Positions 18,102 through 31,051 of a stretch of 64,000 nucleotides of DNA are shown here, in pieces. The notes under the pieces are model-generated. The model was not told the origin of the DNA. It saw only the letters and a list, made by a program, of their open reading frames with translations, and ran no database searches. The translations under genes and the position numbers were made by a program. How positions within the stretch are numbered: the stretch's first letter is position 1; every line of letters begins with the position of its first letter. The DNA comes from Eubacteriales bacterium (GTDB lineage: Bacteria > Bacillota > Clostridia > Oscillospirales > QAKW01): contig JAZQDW010000001.1 in the NCBI GenBank assembly GCA_045546995.1, positions 4,156 through 68,155 of the forward strand, written 5' to 3'.

Positions 18102-18854
18102 ATGGAGTTTTACCAAGAAAAAAACATTGCCGTTCCCCACGGTTTTTCCCTAACCGTAGTGGAGCAGACCGATTCCACCAACGCCCATCTGTTGCGTTTG
18201 GCCAAGGAAGGGGCGCCCCACGGGCAGGTATTATTGGCCCGCAAGCAGACCGCCGGTAAGGGCAGCCGCGGCCGTAGCTTTTTCTCCCCAACGGGAGGGA
18301 TCTATCTTTCCCTGCTGTTGCGGGACGTTCCCATAGAGGCGCTTCCCCGCTTGACCCCCATGGCCGCCGTGGCCGTACTGGAAGCGCTGACCCCCTTTGC
18401 AAAAAAGCCGCTTGCCATCAAATGGGTCAACGACGTTTATCTTGACGGCAAAAAGGTATGCGGCATATTGTGTGAGACCGCCTTTATGGAAAAAACACGG
18501 GCCACGGTAATCGGCATCGGCATCAATCTGTTGCCGCCGAAGGACGGATTTCCCGAAGGATTCCGTCATCCTGCCACCGCCCTGCTGGACGCTCCCGATC
18601 CGGCGGCAACGGAACAGATCATCAGTATCCTGCTACATCGTTTACAGCAGTTATACCAAGAGGGAGAATATATGCAAAAATACAAGGCTCATTGCTGTAC
18701 GCTGGGCAAGACCGTGACCCTACAGCAAGGTGAGAATACTGTGCGCGGGCCGGCCGTTGACCTTACCGCCGACGGCGGACTGATCGTAAGGCTGGCTGAC
18801 GGAACGCAAAAAGTTTTCGCCTCGGGAGAGGTTACGTCACAAATGGAGGAGTAA
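18102..18854 (+). CDS. birA: biotin--[acetyl-CoA-carboxylase] ligase (class I, no N-terminal HTH)
   Basis: GKGSRGRSFFSP biotin-binding loop and KWVNDVYLDGKKVCGIL. 250 aa. Confidence 0.85.
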   Translation: MEFYQEKNIAVPHGFSLTVVEQTDSTNAHLLRLAKEGAPHGQVLLARKQTAGKGSRGRSFFSPTGGIYLSLLLRDVPIEALPRLTPMAAVAVLEALTPFAKKPLAIKWVNDVYLDGKKVCGILCETAFMEKTRATVIGIGINLLPPKDGFPEGFRHPATALLDAPDPAATEQIISILLHRLQQLYQEGEYMQKYKAHCCTLGKTVTLQQGENTVRGPAVDLTADGGLIVRLADGTQKVFASGEVTSQMEE

Positions 18855-18857
18855 AAA

Positions 18858-19625
18858 ATGAGAATCGTTATTAAAATCGGCACCAGCACGTTGGCGCATC
18901 CCACAGGACATCTCAACATTCGCCGTGTAGAGGAGATCTGCAAGGTCCTTTCTGACATCAAAAACGCCGGCAACGAGGTCATTATGGTCTCCTCCGGCGC
19001 TATCGGTATGGGCGTTGGCAAGCTGGGGCTGGCCACCCGTCCCACCGACATTCCCACCAAGCAGGCGGCGGCCGCCGTGGGCCAGTGCGAACTGATGTAT
19101 ATTTATGACAAGCTGTTTGGCGAATACAACCACACCGTGGGTCAATTGCTGATCACCGGCGCCGACGTCGAGCACGAAGGCCGCCATCAAAACTTCAGCA
19201 ACACCCTTAACCGTTTGATCGAAATGGGCGCCATTCCCATCATCAATGAAAACGATACCGTCGCCACCGAGGAAATCGTCATCGGTGACAACGATACTCT
19301 GGCCGCCATTGTAGCCGAGAGTGTGCAGGCAGACCTGCTGATCCTGCTTTCCGATATTCAAGGACTGTACACCGCCGACCCGCACAAAGATCCCGCGGCA
19401 CAACTGATCCAACGGGTTACCAAAATCGACGAAGAGTTGTATGCTTTGGCCGGTGGCGGCGGCAAACAAGGCACCGGCGGTATGGTCACTAAACTGGATG
19501 CCGCCAAGATCTGTCTGGCCTGCGGCTGTGATATGATCATCACCGACGGCGGTGAGCCTGCCGCCCTGTACGATATACTCAACGGCGCACCCATCGGCAC
19601 CCGCTTCACCGCAAAGGAGAACTGA
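18858..19625 (+). CDS. proB: glutamate 5-kinase (no PUA domain)
   Basis: [29 protein letters not shown]. 255 aa. Confidence 0.9.
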   Translation: MRIVIKIGTSTLAHPTGHLNIRRVEEICKVLSDIKNAGNEVIMVSSGAIGMGVGKLGLATRPTDIPTKQAAAAVGQCELMYIYDKLFGEYNHTVGQLLITGADVEHEGRHQNFSNTLNRLIEMGAIPIINENDTVATEEIVIGDNDTLAAIVAESVQADLLILLSDIQGLYTADPHKDPAAQLIQRVTKIDEELYALAGGGGKQGTGGMVTKLDAAKICLACGCDMIITDGGEPAALYDILNGAPIGTRFTAKEN

Positions 19626-19626
19626 T

Positions 19627-20868
19627 ATGCAAAAAATGCTACAACGTGCCGCCGCCGCCAAAACAGCGGTGGCAACCCTTACTACAAAACAGAAAAACGA
19701 TGCGCTGATCGCCATGGCAACAGCGCTGGTGCGTCACACCGACACCATTCTGGCGGCCAATGCCCTGGATATGGAAAAGGCAAAGGGCGTCATCAGCGAC
19801 GTGATGCTGGACCGTCTGATGCTGACTCCCCAACGGATCGAGGCCATGGCAGAGGGCATACGACAGGTTGCCGACCTGCCCGACCCGGTAGGCCGCGTAT
19901 TGGAAAGCCACACCCGCGCCGACGGGCTGATCATTGAAAAAACAGCCGTTCCCGTCGGCGTGATCGCCATCATTTATGAGAGTCGACCCAACGTGACCTC
20001 GGATGCGGCGGCGCTGGCGCTGAAAAGCGGTAACGTTTGCGTGTTGCGTGGCGGTAAGGAGGCCTTTTTGTCGGCCAACGCCATTGTCACCGCCCTGAAG
20101 GACGGTCTGGTGAACGCCGGCATCACCGAAGATGCGGTGCATCTGGTGCAGGACATCACCAGAGAAAGCGCCAATCAGCTGATGAAAGCGGACAAATACG
20201 TAGATCTGCTGATCCCTCGCGGCGGCGCCGGACTGATCAACGCCTGCGTGCAAAACGCCACGGTTCCCTGCATCGCCACCGGCACCGGCATTTGCCACCT
20301 GTACGTCGAGCAAAGCGCCGACCTCGAAATGGCGCTGAACATCATTGAAAACGCCAAAACCAGCCGTCCCAGCGTGTGTAACGCCGCCGAGGTGTTACTG
20401 GTGGATAAGGCCATCGCCCCCACCCTGCTGCCCCTGTTGCAGCAACGCTTGGTAACGGAACGGAAGGAAAATCCCGTACAGCTCCGTCTGGACGAATACG
20501 CCGCCACACTGATCGACGGCACGCCCGCCACGCAAGCGGATTTTGATACCGAATTTCTGGATTACATCCTGGCTGTACGCTGCGTGGATGGCACGGCACA
20601 AGCCATCGAGCATATTGCCGCCCATTCCACCGGTCACAGCGAGGCCATTCTGTCCCGAAATGATGCTGCCATCGCCGCCTTTACGGCTGCCGTGGACAGC
20701 GCCGCAGTCTACGTCAATGCTTCCACCCGGTTTACCGACGGTGGCGAGTTCGGACTGGGATGCGAGATGGGCATCTCCACCCAAAAACTGCACGCCAGAG
20801 GCCCGATGGGGCTACGGGAGCTTTGCACCTATAAATACATCATTCGTGGCAACGGCCACGTAAGATAG
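19627..20868 (+). CDS. proA: glutamate-5-semialdehyde dehydrogenase
   Basis: ATG at 19627 lies 1 nt after the proB stop. Catalytic-Cys region [14 protein letters not shown]. 413 aa. Confidence 0.9.
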   Translation: MQKMLQRAAAAKTAVATLTTKQKNDALIAMATALVRHTDTILAANALDMEKAKGVISDVMLDRLMLTPQRIEAMAEGIRQVADLPDPVGRVLESHTRADGLIIEKTAVPVGVIAIIYESRPNVTSDAAALALKSGNVCVLRGGKEAFLSANAIVTALKDGLVNAGITEDAVHLVQDITRESANQLMKADKYVDLLIPRGGAGLINACVQNATVPCIATGTGICHLYVEQSADLEMALNIIENAKTSRPSVCNAAEVLLVDKAIAPTLLPLLQQRLVTERKENPVQLRLDEYAATLIDGTPATQADFDTEFLDYILAVRCVDGTAQAIEHIAAHSTGHSEAILSRNDAAIAAFTAAVDSAAVYVNASTRFTDGGEFGLGCEMGISTQKLHARGPMGLRELCTYKYIIRGNGHVR

Positions 20869-20880
20869 GAGTATGGTTAT

Positions 20881-21669
20881 ATGAAATACGGTTTTATCGG
20901 ATGCGGCAATATGGGCGGTGCCATTGCAACGGCCCTTGCCAAACAAACCACGGATATTTTGCTGGCAGACCACGATCAAAAAAAGGCCTCAGCGCTGGCA
21001 AAAGCGCTGAACTGCAACGTGGGTAACAATCAGCAGGCCGCCGCTTGTGAACGGCTGTTTTTGGCCGTCAAGCCCCAAATGATGGGCGCTATGCTGGAGG
21101 ACATCCGTCCCACCCTACAGCAATACCGTCCCCTGTTAATTACCATGGCCGCCGGACTGACGATGGATCGCATCAACGAAATGGCCGGCGGTGATCTGCC
21201 GGTGATCCGCATTATGCCCAACACCCCCGTAGGTGTGGGCAAAGGAATGATCTTATACTGCTGTAACGACAAGGTTACGGCAGAAATGGAACAAAGCTTT
21301 ACCGCGGATCTGGCCGCCGCCGGAATGCTCGATCCCCTGGAGGAAAAACTCATTGATGCAGGCTGTGCCCTGCAGGGCTGTGGCCCCGCCTATATGTACG
21401 TCTTTCTGGAGGCGTTGGCGGACGGCGCCGTTGCCTGCGGCCTGCCCCGTGACAAGGCGCTGACCTATGCCGCCGCCACGATGGCAGGCGCCGCCGAACT
21501 GGCGCTGAACAGCGGCAAACACCCGGGGCAGCTCAAGGACGAGGTATGCTCCCCCGGCGGCAGTACTATTATGGGTGTCAAGGCGTTGGAAGATGGCGGG
21601 TTGCGCGCCGCCGCCATTGCCGCCGTGCAAGCCGCTTTCAAAAAAAACAAAGAGCTTGCCAACAACTAA
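20881..21669 (+). CDS. proC: pyrroline-5-carboxylate reductase
   Basis: GFIGCGNMGGAI Rossmann motif and the C-terminal SPGGSTIMG signature. Confidence 0.9.
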   Translation: MKYGFIGCGNMGGAIATALAKQTTDILLADHDQKKASALAKALNCNVGNNQQAAACERLFLAVKPQMMGAMLEDIRPTLQQYRPLLITMAAGLTMDRINEMAGGDLPVIRIMPNTPVGVGKGMILYCCNDKVTAEMEQSFTADLAAAGMLDPLEEKLIDAGCALQGCGPAYMYVFLEALADGAVACGLPRDKALTYAAATMAGAAELALNSGKHPGQLKDEVCSPGGSTIMGVKALEDGGLRAAAIAAVQAAFKKNKELANN

Positions 21670-21671
21670 AT

Positions 21672-21707
21672 AAAAAATGAGGTAAAATTATTTTACCTCA
21701 TTTTTTT
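21672..21707. terminator. bidirectional terminator
   Basis: AAAAAATGAGGTAAAA-tta-TTTTACCTCATTTTTTT. Confidence 0.8.
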
Positions 21708-21710
21708 ATT

Positions 21711-24784
<3,074 letters not shown>

Positions 24785-24792
24785 AAGTGAAT

Positions 24793-27700
24793 TTATCTTA
24801 CGTAGCTTTTGGCACCGACCATGATCGTTACGATCTCGGCACGGGTGATGGGTTTGGTGGGATTGAGGTTGCCCTTATCATCACCGTTTACCAATCCGTA
24901 TGCTACGGCGGTAGCAACGTCTACCTTAGCCCAGGAGGCAATAGCGCCCTTGTCCTTAAAGCGTTTCAGAACGGAGGTAGCACCCTTACTGGTATCCAGC
25001 GCAGCAGCACGTACCATAACTGCCATAAACTCCTGACGGCTGATGTTTGCCTTGGGATTAAACTTGCTGCCGTCACCCTGCATGATCTTCATTGCGGTGA
25101 TGGCCTTAACAGCGTTCGTTGCCCATTTGGAAATGTCCTTGCTGTCAGCAAAGGTCAGTTTCTGACCGGAATAGCTGGCAGTATCAACACCCATCAGATT
25201 GCAAACGAAGATGGCAACCTGCTCACGGGTGGCGTTATCCTGCGGATTGAAGGAGAAGGAACCGTCTGCATTGGCAGAACCGCTGGTCACACCCATCTGA
25301 TAGGCGCTCATGATCTTTTCGCGCGCCCAGTGCTTTTCAATATCGTTAAAGGTGCGGCTAAACATACCGGCGGTCAGCTTCACCTCATAACTGCTGGTGA
25401 TACCGGTCTGAGAGGTGACGTCAACGTACATTACCATATAAGTCTGCGGCATGGGAGCGTTCAACTTACAGTTGGTGAAGGTCTCCTTGGTTTCGGTAAC
25501 GGTGTAAGAGGTCATCGTGGAAGCGATTTCAACCGTCTTTTTGCGGTCGGCATATACCTTGGCGGTCGCATTCTCACTGACGAAGATGTCGATCTGGGGA
25601 TTGTCAGTGGATGCAGTACCGGTCAGGACGTTGCCCTCACGCTTGATATCAAAACCGTTGACGGTGATGATGTCACTGCTTACATTCTTGATCTCATTGA
25701 TTACCACGATGGTAAATACAGCCATGCTACCGTTGGAAGCATTGACACGAACGTAGAAGGTGTTGGTGCCTTCTGCCAACTTCAGGGTATTCTTCTCACT
25801 GCTGGAGCTGAGCTTACCGCTGAATTTGTTTTCGATGATATCGTAGTTCTTAAAGATCTCATAGGATGCTCCTTCGGAAACTACGATGGAATCCTCGAGA
25901 GAAGCAATGTAGCCCTTGGGCTGCAGATAAACAACCTGAGAGTTGTTATCAATTCTCTTCATACCGATGAATTTAGCCTCGACGTCGGCGTCGATCTCAT
26001 CCTGAGAGGTGGCAAATTCGGGGAAGGAATCACCCAGAATTCTCTTCTCGGCAGATTTATCCAGTCGTTCTACGATGATGGTGTAGACCTCGAAGGTTTC
26101 GCCATCCTCGGCAATGACCTTGGCAAAGAACTTGTTGTCGCCAACCTTCAGATTCATCGCATCTTCCAGATAAATGTTACAGCCGATGTCCTGATACAGC
26201 TCGTAGGTTGCGCCGTCACAGACAATCACCTCGGGCAGCAGGCTGGTTACGTCGTTTTCAACTGCGATCTTGGCAGTCTTACCGTCAACAACGGCGGCAT
26301 CAATACCACCCTTAACGTCGACCAATTCGGTAGTCGTGCTTCTGGAACGGGTGAAGGTTACGTCAAAGACGTTTTCGTTTTCGCCGTCTTCGGAAACGAC
26401 CTTGATGATATAGGCGGTTTTGCCGACCGGCATATACTGATCCATGTTGTAAACGATGGGGTTGGCCATTTCGGTATCATCACCGCGGTATACAAATACG
26501 CTTGCACCACCGGAAACGATGGGCAGGATGGGACCGTTGACATAGTCGTTGGGCAGTACGCAGTTGAATTTACCACCCTGATCGACCCAGGTGCTGCCTG
26601 CGATGTCCATACCCAACAGCTGAGCATTGCTGTTAATGGGCTGCTTGATGGTTACGGTGTATACTTTACTGGTTACGCCGTCCTCAGCAGTAGTCTTGAT
26701 ATAGCATACCGTCTCTACACCCTTCAGTGCGATGGTATCCTCTGCGCACTCAACGGTGCACAGCTCATCCGCATATACCTTATAGCTCGAGCCTTCGCTG
26801 ACCAGAACGTTAAAGGTCATAAAGTCGGCGGGAGTAGTGCCAACATACTCGATGGTATGATTTTTAGCATCCAGTACGGCACCGGCGGGGCTGATCACCT
26901 CTTCGATGTCATAAGCGCCGGCCAGCTTGGTCATAGCCTCATCTATATAATAAGGAACATATTTTGCAGGACCGGTAATTGCAGTAGCAGCGCCCTTGGC
27001 AAAATAGTTGTAAGAGCAATCTGCAACGGTGTTCGGCAGGTTGTTCTGCAGAACCGAGGTCATGGAAGGACCGAAATAGTTTTCATGAATGTCGATGGTA
27101 TGACCGGTGTAACCATCATAGCAGTTGACGGAGAACTTACCGGTAGAGGAGCCTTCAAAACGGTTGCCGGTGACCGTCAGCTTGTTACCGGCGGTCCAAC
27201 GATCCAGATACATCAGCGTAGCTTTGCTGAAGTTGATCACCTTGTTGTCAACGAAAGAAATACTGTTCTTAACTCTGGCGCCAATATCGTTGGTACCGTT
27301 GGTGCTCTGACCGATGTAGAAGAAGTTGTTACAATCAACGTTGTTAAGGATGTTACCCTTGAACATCAGCACGTCAGTGCTACTGCCGTCGGTACCACCC
27401 ATATAGATGTTTTTGGTACATCCGTCAAAAACGTTCTCCTCAAAGATACCGTTGGAGATATTGGGCAAACGCATTACGTAGTTGCTACCATTGCCCTCAA
27501 AACGGCTGGTAGCGATGCGGAAGTTGGAGAAGGTGTTCTTACCGTTGTCCGCACGACCACGATACATCAGTGCGTCGGTGTTGGTGGAACCGGTAACCAA
27601 CAAATTATCAAAGTGGAAACTGTCAATAGAGAAGGAGCCGGTATACTTGAACATTGCCTGCTCGCTGAAGGTAATGCCGTCGAAGGAAAGACCGTTGATA

Positions 27701-29724
27701 CCGGGCTTCAGCATAATTTCTGCAGTAAAGACCGTCTCTTCGTTCAGGTTGGAACGCGCATCACTTCTGGAGTAATCGCTCATATTGTTGGGGTTGATGC
27801 CGGCCTTGGCGCCACGGATCTTAACGCCCTTACCCTCGATGGTCATAGCGTTGGAATATACGCCGGCAGTCATATTGATGACGTCGCCGCTCATTGCCTT
27901 ATCCATGGCCAAACCCAGATCGGAGAAGGCGGAGTGGCCGGTAACGGCACGACGCCATGCACCATCAACTTCAACGTAAATGGTTTGTCCGGCAGGATAC
28001 TGTGCAAATTCCGGTCCCACAATATATTCAGAAGCATCCAGGTAATCGGAATAAACAGGTTTGCTGGTCAGCAAAATAGCGTATACGATAGAATAATCAC
28101 TGTACTGAACCTTTGCGTAAGCATTGCTGACCTTACCTTCGGTCAACGCAACGGTATTGTTGGTCAGCGGAACGTTACAAGCCTTATCGGCATACAGCGT
28201 GTAATAAGCGCCTTCCTTCACTTCCAGAGAAAGAGTGACCTCATCCAATTTGGCGGGGATGGTGGTGGCGATGGTACAGCCGGGAGCCGTCTCGATGGCC
28301 GCGCCGGCAAAGGAAACGCCGTTGCTGTTGGAAATGGAGAGAACGTCCAGAAGAGAGGACGGATCGGTCATTGCCTCGTTGAGCCAATACTCACCAAAAT
28401 CAAAGGCTGCGGTAGCATCACTGGAATCGATGGTGCAAATGTCTTTGGGGTTAGCACCACCGGTATAGTTATTGTACACAGGGGGAGCATAGGTACCATC
28501 ATTATAACTCATATGAATGAAGGTACAGTCGGCTGTGGTGACCGGAATAAAGGTGTTCTCAAAGAACTGGGCGCCGGCGGGAATAGAGTTGATCGGAGCA
28601 TCACTCTGACGCAGACGACCGTACAGACGAATGGCCTTGCCCAGATTCTTAAAGGTATTGCCGGAAACTACAACGTGCTCGGTATCTACCATCCAAACGC
28701 TAGAATAGTTGTTGGTGCTCGCATCGGTGTACAGACCGAATGCATATTGACCGGAAGCGGTAGTGCCGCCGACAGCATCAAAGGTGTTGCCGGTGATCTC
28801 AACAAACCCTCTTATGTAATCATGAACACGGGTCTTACCGGCGTTCTTGATATAGTTGTCACTAATGATGGTGCTGGTACCCAGCTGACAAACGTCAAAG
28901 CCATCACCGGTAACATTGGAGATATAGTTGGAAGAGATGGTAAGATCGGTAGCCCAAGCGGTATGAATACCGTTGGTATTTGCCAATCCACTACCGGCTG
29001 AAGCAACCTTCTCAATGCGGTTGTAGGTGATGGAAACGTTGGCCGGAACATAGCTGAAACCGGCAGCCACACCAACGTATACGGCGCTGAAGCTGTCATC
29101 GTTGATACCGATGTTGCCGTAAGCCTTTTCATTTACCAGATCAAACACATTGTATGCAATGTTGATCCGGGAATTCTGCAAACGGGTATCCTGCAGACGG
29201 ATACAGCTGTCACCGACGACGGCAAAGCCGTTCATGGTCAGGTTGTAGGAGCCCTGCGGATCTTCACCCAAAACAACACCGGCATAGCTGATCTGCATAT
29301 CCTGCAAAATCGTCTCGTTCTTGCCGGTAACGGCACGGCCGCCGGCCACAACGGAAAGATCGTTTGGGTTATTGGGTTCGACGTTCTTCATATTGCCGTA
29401 CAGCGTAATGCTCTTGTTCAGCGGCAATGCACCGGCATAAACGCCGGCAGCAACGTACAGTTCGCCGTTGATCGCAACTGCGTCATAGGCCTCCTGGATC
29501 GTTGCAAATGCGGTCGTACCCTTGACGCCCTTGTACGTAGTACCGGCGACGACGGCGGATACATCCTCACCCTTTGCCACATTGGCAAAGTCGTCATCGA
29601 CAACGATCAGTTTGTCAGTGCAGGTCACACTGCTTGCAGCCGAAACCATAAAGGAGCTGCCCAACAGTGTAAAGACCATTGCCAACATCAATGCCGTTGC
29701 CAAAATACGCTTGATGCTTTTCAT
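24793..29724 (-). CDS. giant SLH-anchored surface protein with two parallel beta-helix regions and multiple cadherin-like/Ig-like modules
   Basis: 1643 aa. Signal peptide MKSIKRILATALMLAMVFTLLGSSFMVSAA. PbH1-like turns (ISSNYISNVTGDGFD, IISDNYIKNAG, FEENVFDGC, FKGNILNNV, VTGNRFEGS). Repeated modules of about 90 aa (..YTLYADKACNVPL..NTVALTEG.., ..YKVYADELCTVE..DTIALKG.., ..YELYQDIGCNIYL..). Three C-terminal SLH repeats (FNDIEKHWAREKIMSAY.., FADSKDISKWATNAVKA.., FKDKGAIASWAKVDVAT..). Confidence 0.9.
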   Translation of the reverse strand: MKSIKRILATALMLAMVFTLLGSSFMVSAASSVTCTDKLIVVDDDFANVAKGEDVSAVVAGTTYKGVKGTTAFATIQEAYDAVAINGELYVAAGVYAGALPLNKSITLYGNMKNVEPNNPNDLSVVAGGRAVTGKNETILQDMQISYAGVVLGEDPQGSYNLTMNGFAVVGDSCIRLQDTRLQNSRINIAYNVFDLVNEKAYGNIGINDDSFSAVYVGVAAGFSYVPANVSITYNRIEKVASAGSGLANTNGIHTAWATDLTISSNYISNVTGDGFDVCQLGTSTIISDNYIKNAGKTRVHDYIRGFVEITGNTFDAVGGTTASGQYAFGLYTDASTNNYSSVWMVDTEHVVVSGNTFKNLGKAIRLYGRLRQSDAPINSIPAGAQFFENTFIPVTTADCTFIHMSYNDGTYAPPVYNNYTGGANPKDICTIDSSDATAAFDFGEYWLNEAMTDPSSLLDVLSISNSNGVSFAGAAIETAPGCTIATTIPAKLDEVTLSLEVKEGAYYTLYADKACNVPLTNNTVALTEGKVSNAYAKVQYSDYSIVYAILLTSKPVYSDYLDASEYIVGPEFAQYPAGQTIYVEVDGAWRRAVTGHSAFSDLGLAMDKAMSGDVINMTAGVYSNAMTIEGKGVKIRGAKAGINPNNMSDYSRSDARSNLNEETVFTAEIMLKPGINGLSFDGITFSEQAMFKYTGSFSIDSFHFDNLLVTGSTNTDALMYRGRADNGKNTFSNFRIATSRFEGNGSNYVMRLPNISNGIFEENVFDGCTKNIYMGGTDGSSTDVLMFKGNILNNVDCNNFFYIGQSTNGTNDIGARVKNSISFVDNKVINFSKATLMYLDRWTAGNKLTVTGNRFEGSSTGKFSVNCYDGYTGHTIDIHENYFGPSMTSVLQNNLPNTVADCSYNYFAKGAATAITGPAKYVPYYIDEAMTKLAGAYDIEEVISPAGAVLDAKNHTIEYVGTTPADFMTFNVLVSEGSSYKVYADELCTVECAEDTIALKGVETVCYIKTTAEDGVTSKVYTVTIKQPINSNAQLLGMDIAGSTWVDQGGKFNCVLPNDYVNGPILPIVSGGASVFVYRGDDTEMANPIVYNMDQYMPVGKTAYIIKVVSEDGENENVFDVTFTRSRSTTTELVDVKGGIDAAVVDGKTAKIAVENDVTSLLPEVIVCDGATYELYQDIGCNIYLEDAMNLKVGDNKFFAKVIAEDGETFEVYTIIVERLDKSAEKRILGDSFPEFATSQDEIDADVEAKFIGMKRIDNNSQVVYLQPKGYIASLEDSIVVSEGASYEIFKNYDIIENKFSGKLSSSSEKNTLKLAEGTNTFYVRVNASNGSMAVFTIVVINEIKNVSSDIITVNGFDIKREGNVLTGTASTDNPQIDIFVSENATAKVYADRKKTVEIASTMTSYTVTETKETFTNCKLNAPMPQTYMVMYVDVTSQTGITSSYEVKLTAGMFSRTFNDIEKHWAREKIMSAYQMGVTSGSANADGSFSFNPQDNATREQVAIFVCNLMGVDTASYSGQKLTFADSKDISKWATNAVKAITAMKIMQGDGSKFNPKANISRQEFMAVMVRAAALDTSKGATSVLKRFKDKGAIASWAKVDVATAVAYGLVNGDDKGNLNPTKPITRAEIVTIMVGAKSYVR

Positions 29725-29778
29725 GATTATTACCTCCTGGTATGCGTTTGATTATAATATCGCATAATACTTAATAAA

Positions 29779-29807
29779 ATTATATATAAATCTAATACAA
29801 AAGTCAA
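29779..29807 (-). promoter_or_regulatory. sigma-A-type promoter (TTGACT-17-TATAAT) for the giant SLH gene
   Basis: On the minus strand, TTGACT at 29807-29802 and TATAAT at 29784-29779. Confidence 0.55.
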
Positions 29808-29900
29808 TGACAACATTTCAGTGTTTTTTTGTTTTGTTGATATTGCATAATTTTTTCGGCGTTAAATTGTATATAATACCAATAGGAGGGTGTCTGCCAC

Positions 29901-29929
29901 TTGCATTTTTCGGTAATCTATGGTAAAAT
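29901..29929 (+). promoter_or_regulatory. sigma-A-type promoter (TTGCAT-17-TAAAAT) for the glmU-like/glmS/glmM/rsmA operon
   Basis: TTGCAT at 29901-29906, TAAAAT at 29924-29929. Confidence 0.55.
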
Positions 29930-29995
29930 ACAGCCGTCTTTGCTCGGAAAGACATCTTTAGGGAAAATTTTTAAGGAAAATGGAGAAAATCGAAT

Positions 29996-31039
29996 ATGAA
30001 AAAAACGGCTTACATCTTACGGGATGGCGGTCCTTTTTGTGCTGCGATCATTGCGGCCATGCAGCTGGAGGAGTTTGTCACAGATCAACTTCGCTGCGCC
30101 GGCCTGCAGGTCGCCGCGTACGACAAGGACGTTACGCCTCCGGCAGAAGGTGCTGTTTTCTTGCGCGCTGATGCCGATTTTGCGCCCGACGAATTGCGCA
30201 CGGCCATCTGTAGCAACGAAAACGTACGCCTGACTGACCCAAACGGTGATGTACTGGCCCTGGTACTGGATGCAAGGCACGCCCAAACGCCCGACTTTGC
30301 GGCGAATACGGCGTTGCCCTGTATTCCCTTGCGCCACGCCTGCCGCATCACCGCCGCCAACTGCAGCGAGATCCTCGCCGCACGGCAAAAACGCCTTCTT
30401 ACGCGTTATAAAGACGCAGGTGTTTTGATCGAAAACGATCGTGTAACCCTTTCCCCCTTGTACACCGTCGGCTCCGGCACGTTCATTGCCGCCGGCACCA
30501 CCCTGAGTGGCACGGGCCGCATCGGCAAAGACTGTCTGCTGCGCGGCGGACGGTTACACAACGTAACGTTGGGAGATGGGATCACCATCGAACAAAGCGT
30601 GCTGACGGACTGCCGTGTGGACAGTTTTACCACCGTCGGTCCCTTCGCCTATTTGCGTCCCGGCACCGTCATCGGCGAGCGGGCACGCATCGGCGACTTT
30701 GTGGAGATCAAAAACGCTGAGATCGGCAACGGAACCAAGGTTTCCCACCTGACCTACGTCGGCGACTGCGACGTGGGCAGTGGGGTCAACTTCGGCTGTG
30801 GCACCGTCGTTTCCAATTACGACGGTCTGCACAAATACCGCACCGTGATCGGCGACAACGCCTTTATCGGTTGCAACACCAATCTGGTTGCGCCCGTCAC
30901 CGTGGGCAACAACGCCTATATCGCCGCCGGCAGTACGGTTACCGAGCCCGTGCCCGACGGCGCGCTGGCCATTGCCCGCCAACGACAGACCAACAAAGAA
31001 AACTGGGTACAACAAAATAAACCTGAGCTCATCAAGTAA
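29996..31039 (+). CDS. GlmU-like left-handed beta-helix acetyltransferase with shortened, degenerate N-terminal domain
   Basis: The C-terminal 220 aa or so align with the GlmU LbH domain (GPFAYLRPG, GDFVEIKN, SHLTYVGDCDVG, VNFGCGTVVSNYDG, VAPVTVG..AYIAAGSTVT, ALAIARQRQ). The N-terminus is about 125 aa against about 228 aa in B. subtilis GlmU, and it lacks the LAAGxGTRM loop. Confidence 0.75.
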   Translation: MKKTAYILRDGGPFCAAIIAAMQLEEFVTDQLRCAGLQVAAYDKDVTPPAEGAVFLRADADFAPDELRTAICSNENVRLTDPNGDVLALVLDARHAQTPDFAANTALPCIPLRHACRITAANCSEILAARQKRLLTRYKDAGVLIENDRVTLSPLYTVGSGTFIAAGTTLSGTGRIGKDCLLRGGRLHNVTLGDGITIEQSVLTDCRVDSFTTVGPFAYLRPGTVIGERARIGDFVEIKNAEIGNGTKVSHLTYVGDCDVGSGVNFGCGTVVSNYDGLHKYRTVIGDNAFIGCNTNLVAPVTVGNNAYIAAGSTVTEPVPDGALAIARQRQTNKENWVQQNKPELIK

Positions 31040-31051
31040 GGAGGAATCGCT

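Noticed and set aside
24787-29001. A 1404-aa ORF on the plus strand, the longest ORF in the track after its partner.
   Set aside because: It is entirely antisense to the 1643-aa SLH/beta-helix gene, which has a signal peptide, RBS, promoter, terminator and recognisable domains. Its product is low-complexity (rich in G, V, I, T and N) with no motifs, RBS or promoter. The stop-free antisense frame follows from the sense gene's codon bias.
29930-31051. I looked for a glmS ribozyme upstream of glmS, which is common in Firmicutes.
   Set aside because: glmS starts 12 nt after the glmU-like stop. The operon leader (29930-29995) is only about 65 nt and shows no ribozyme-like core. No ribozyme can be supported from the sequence.
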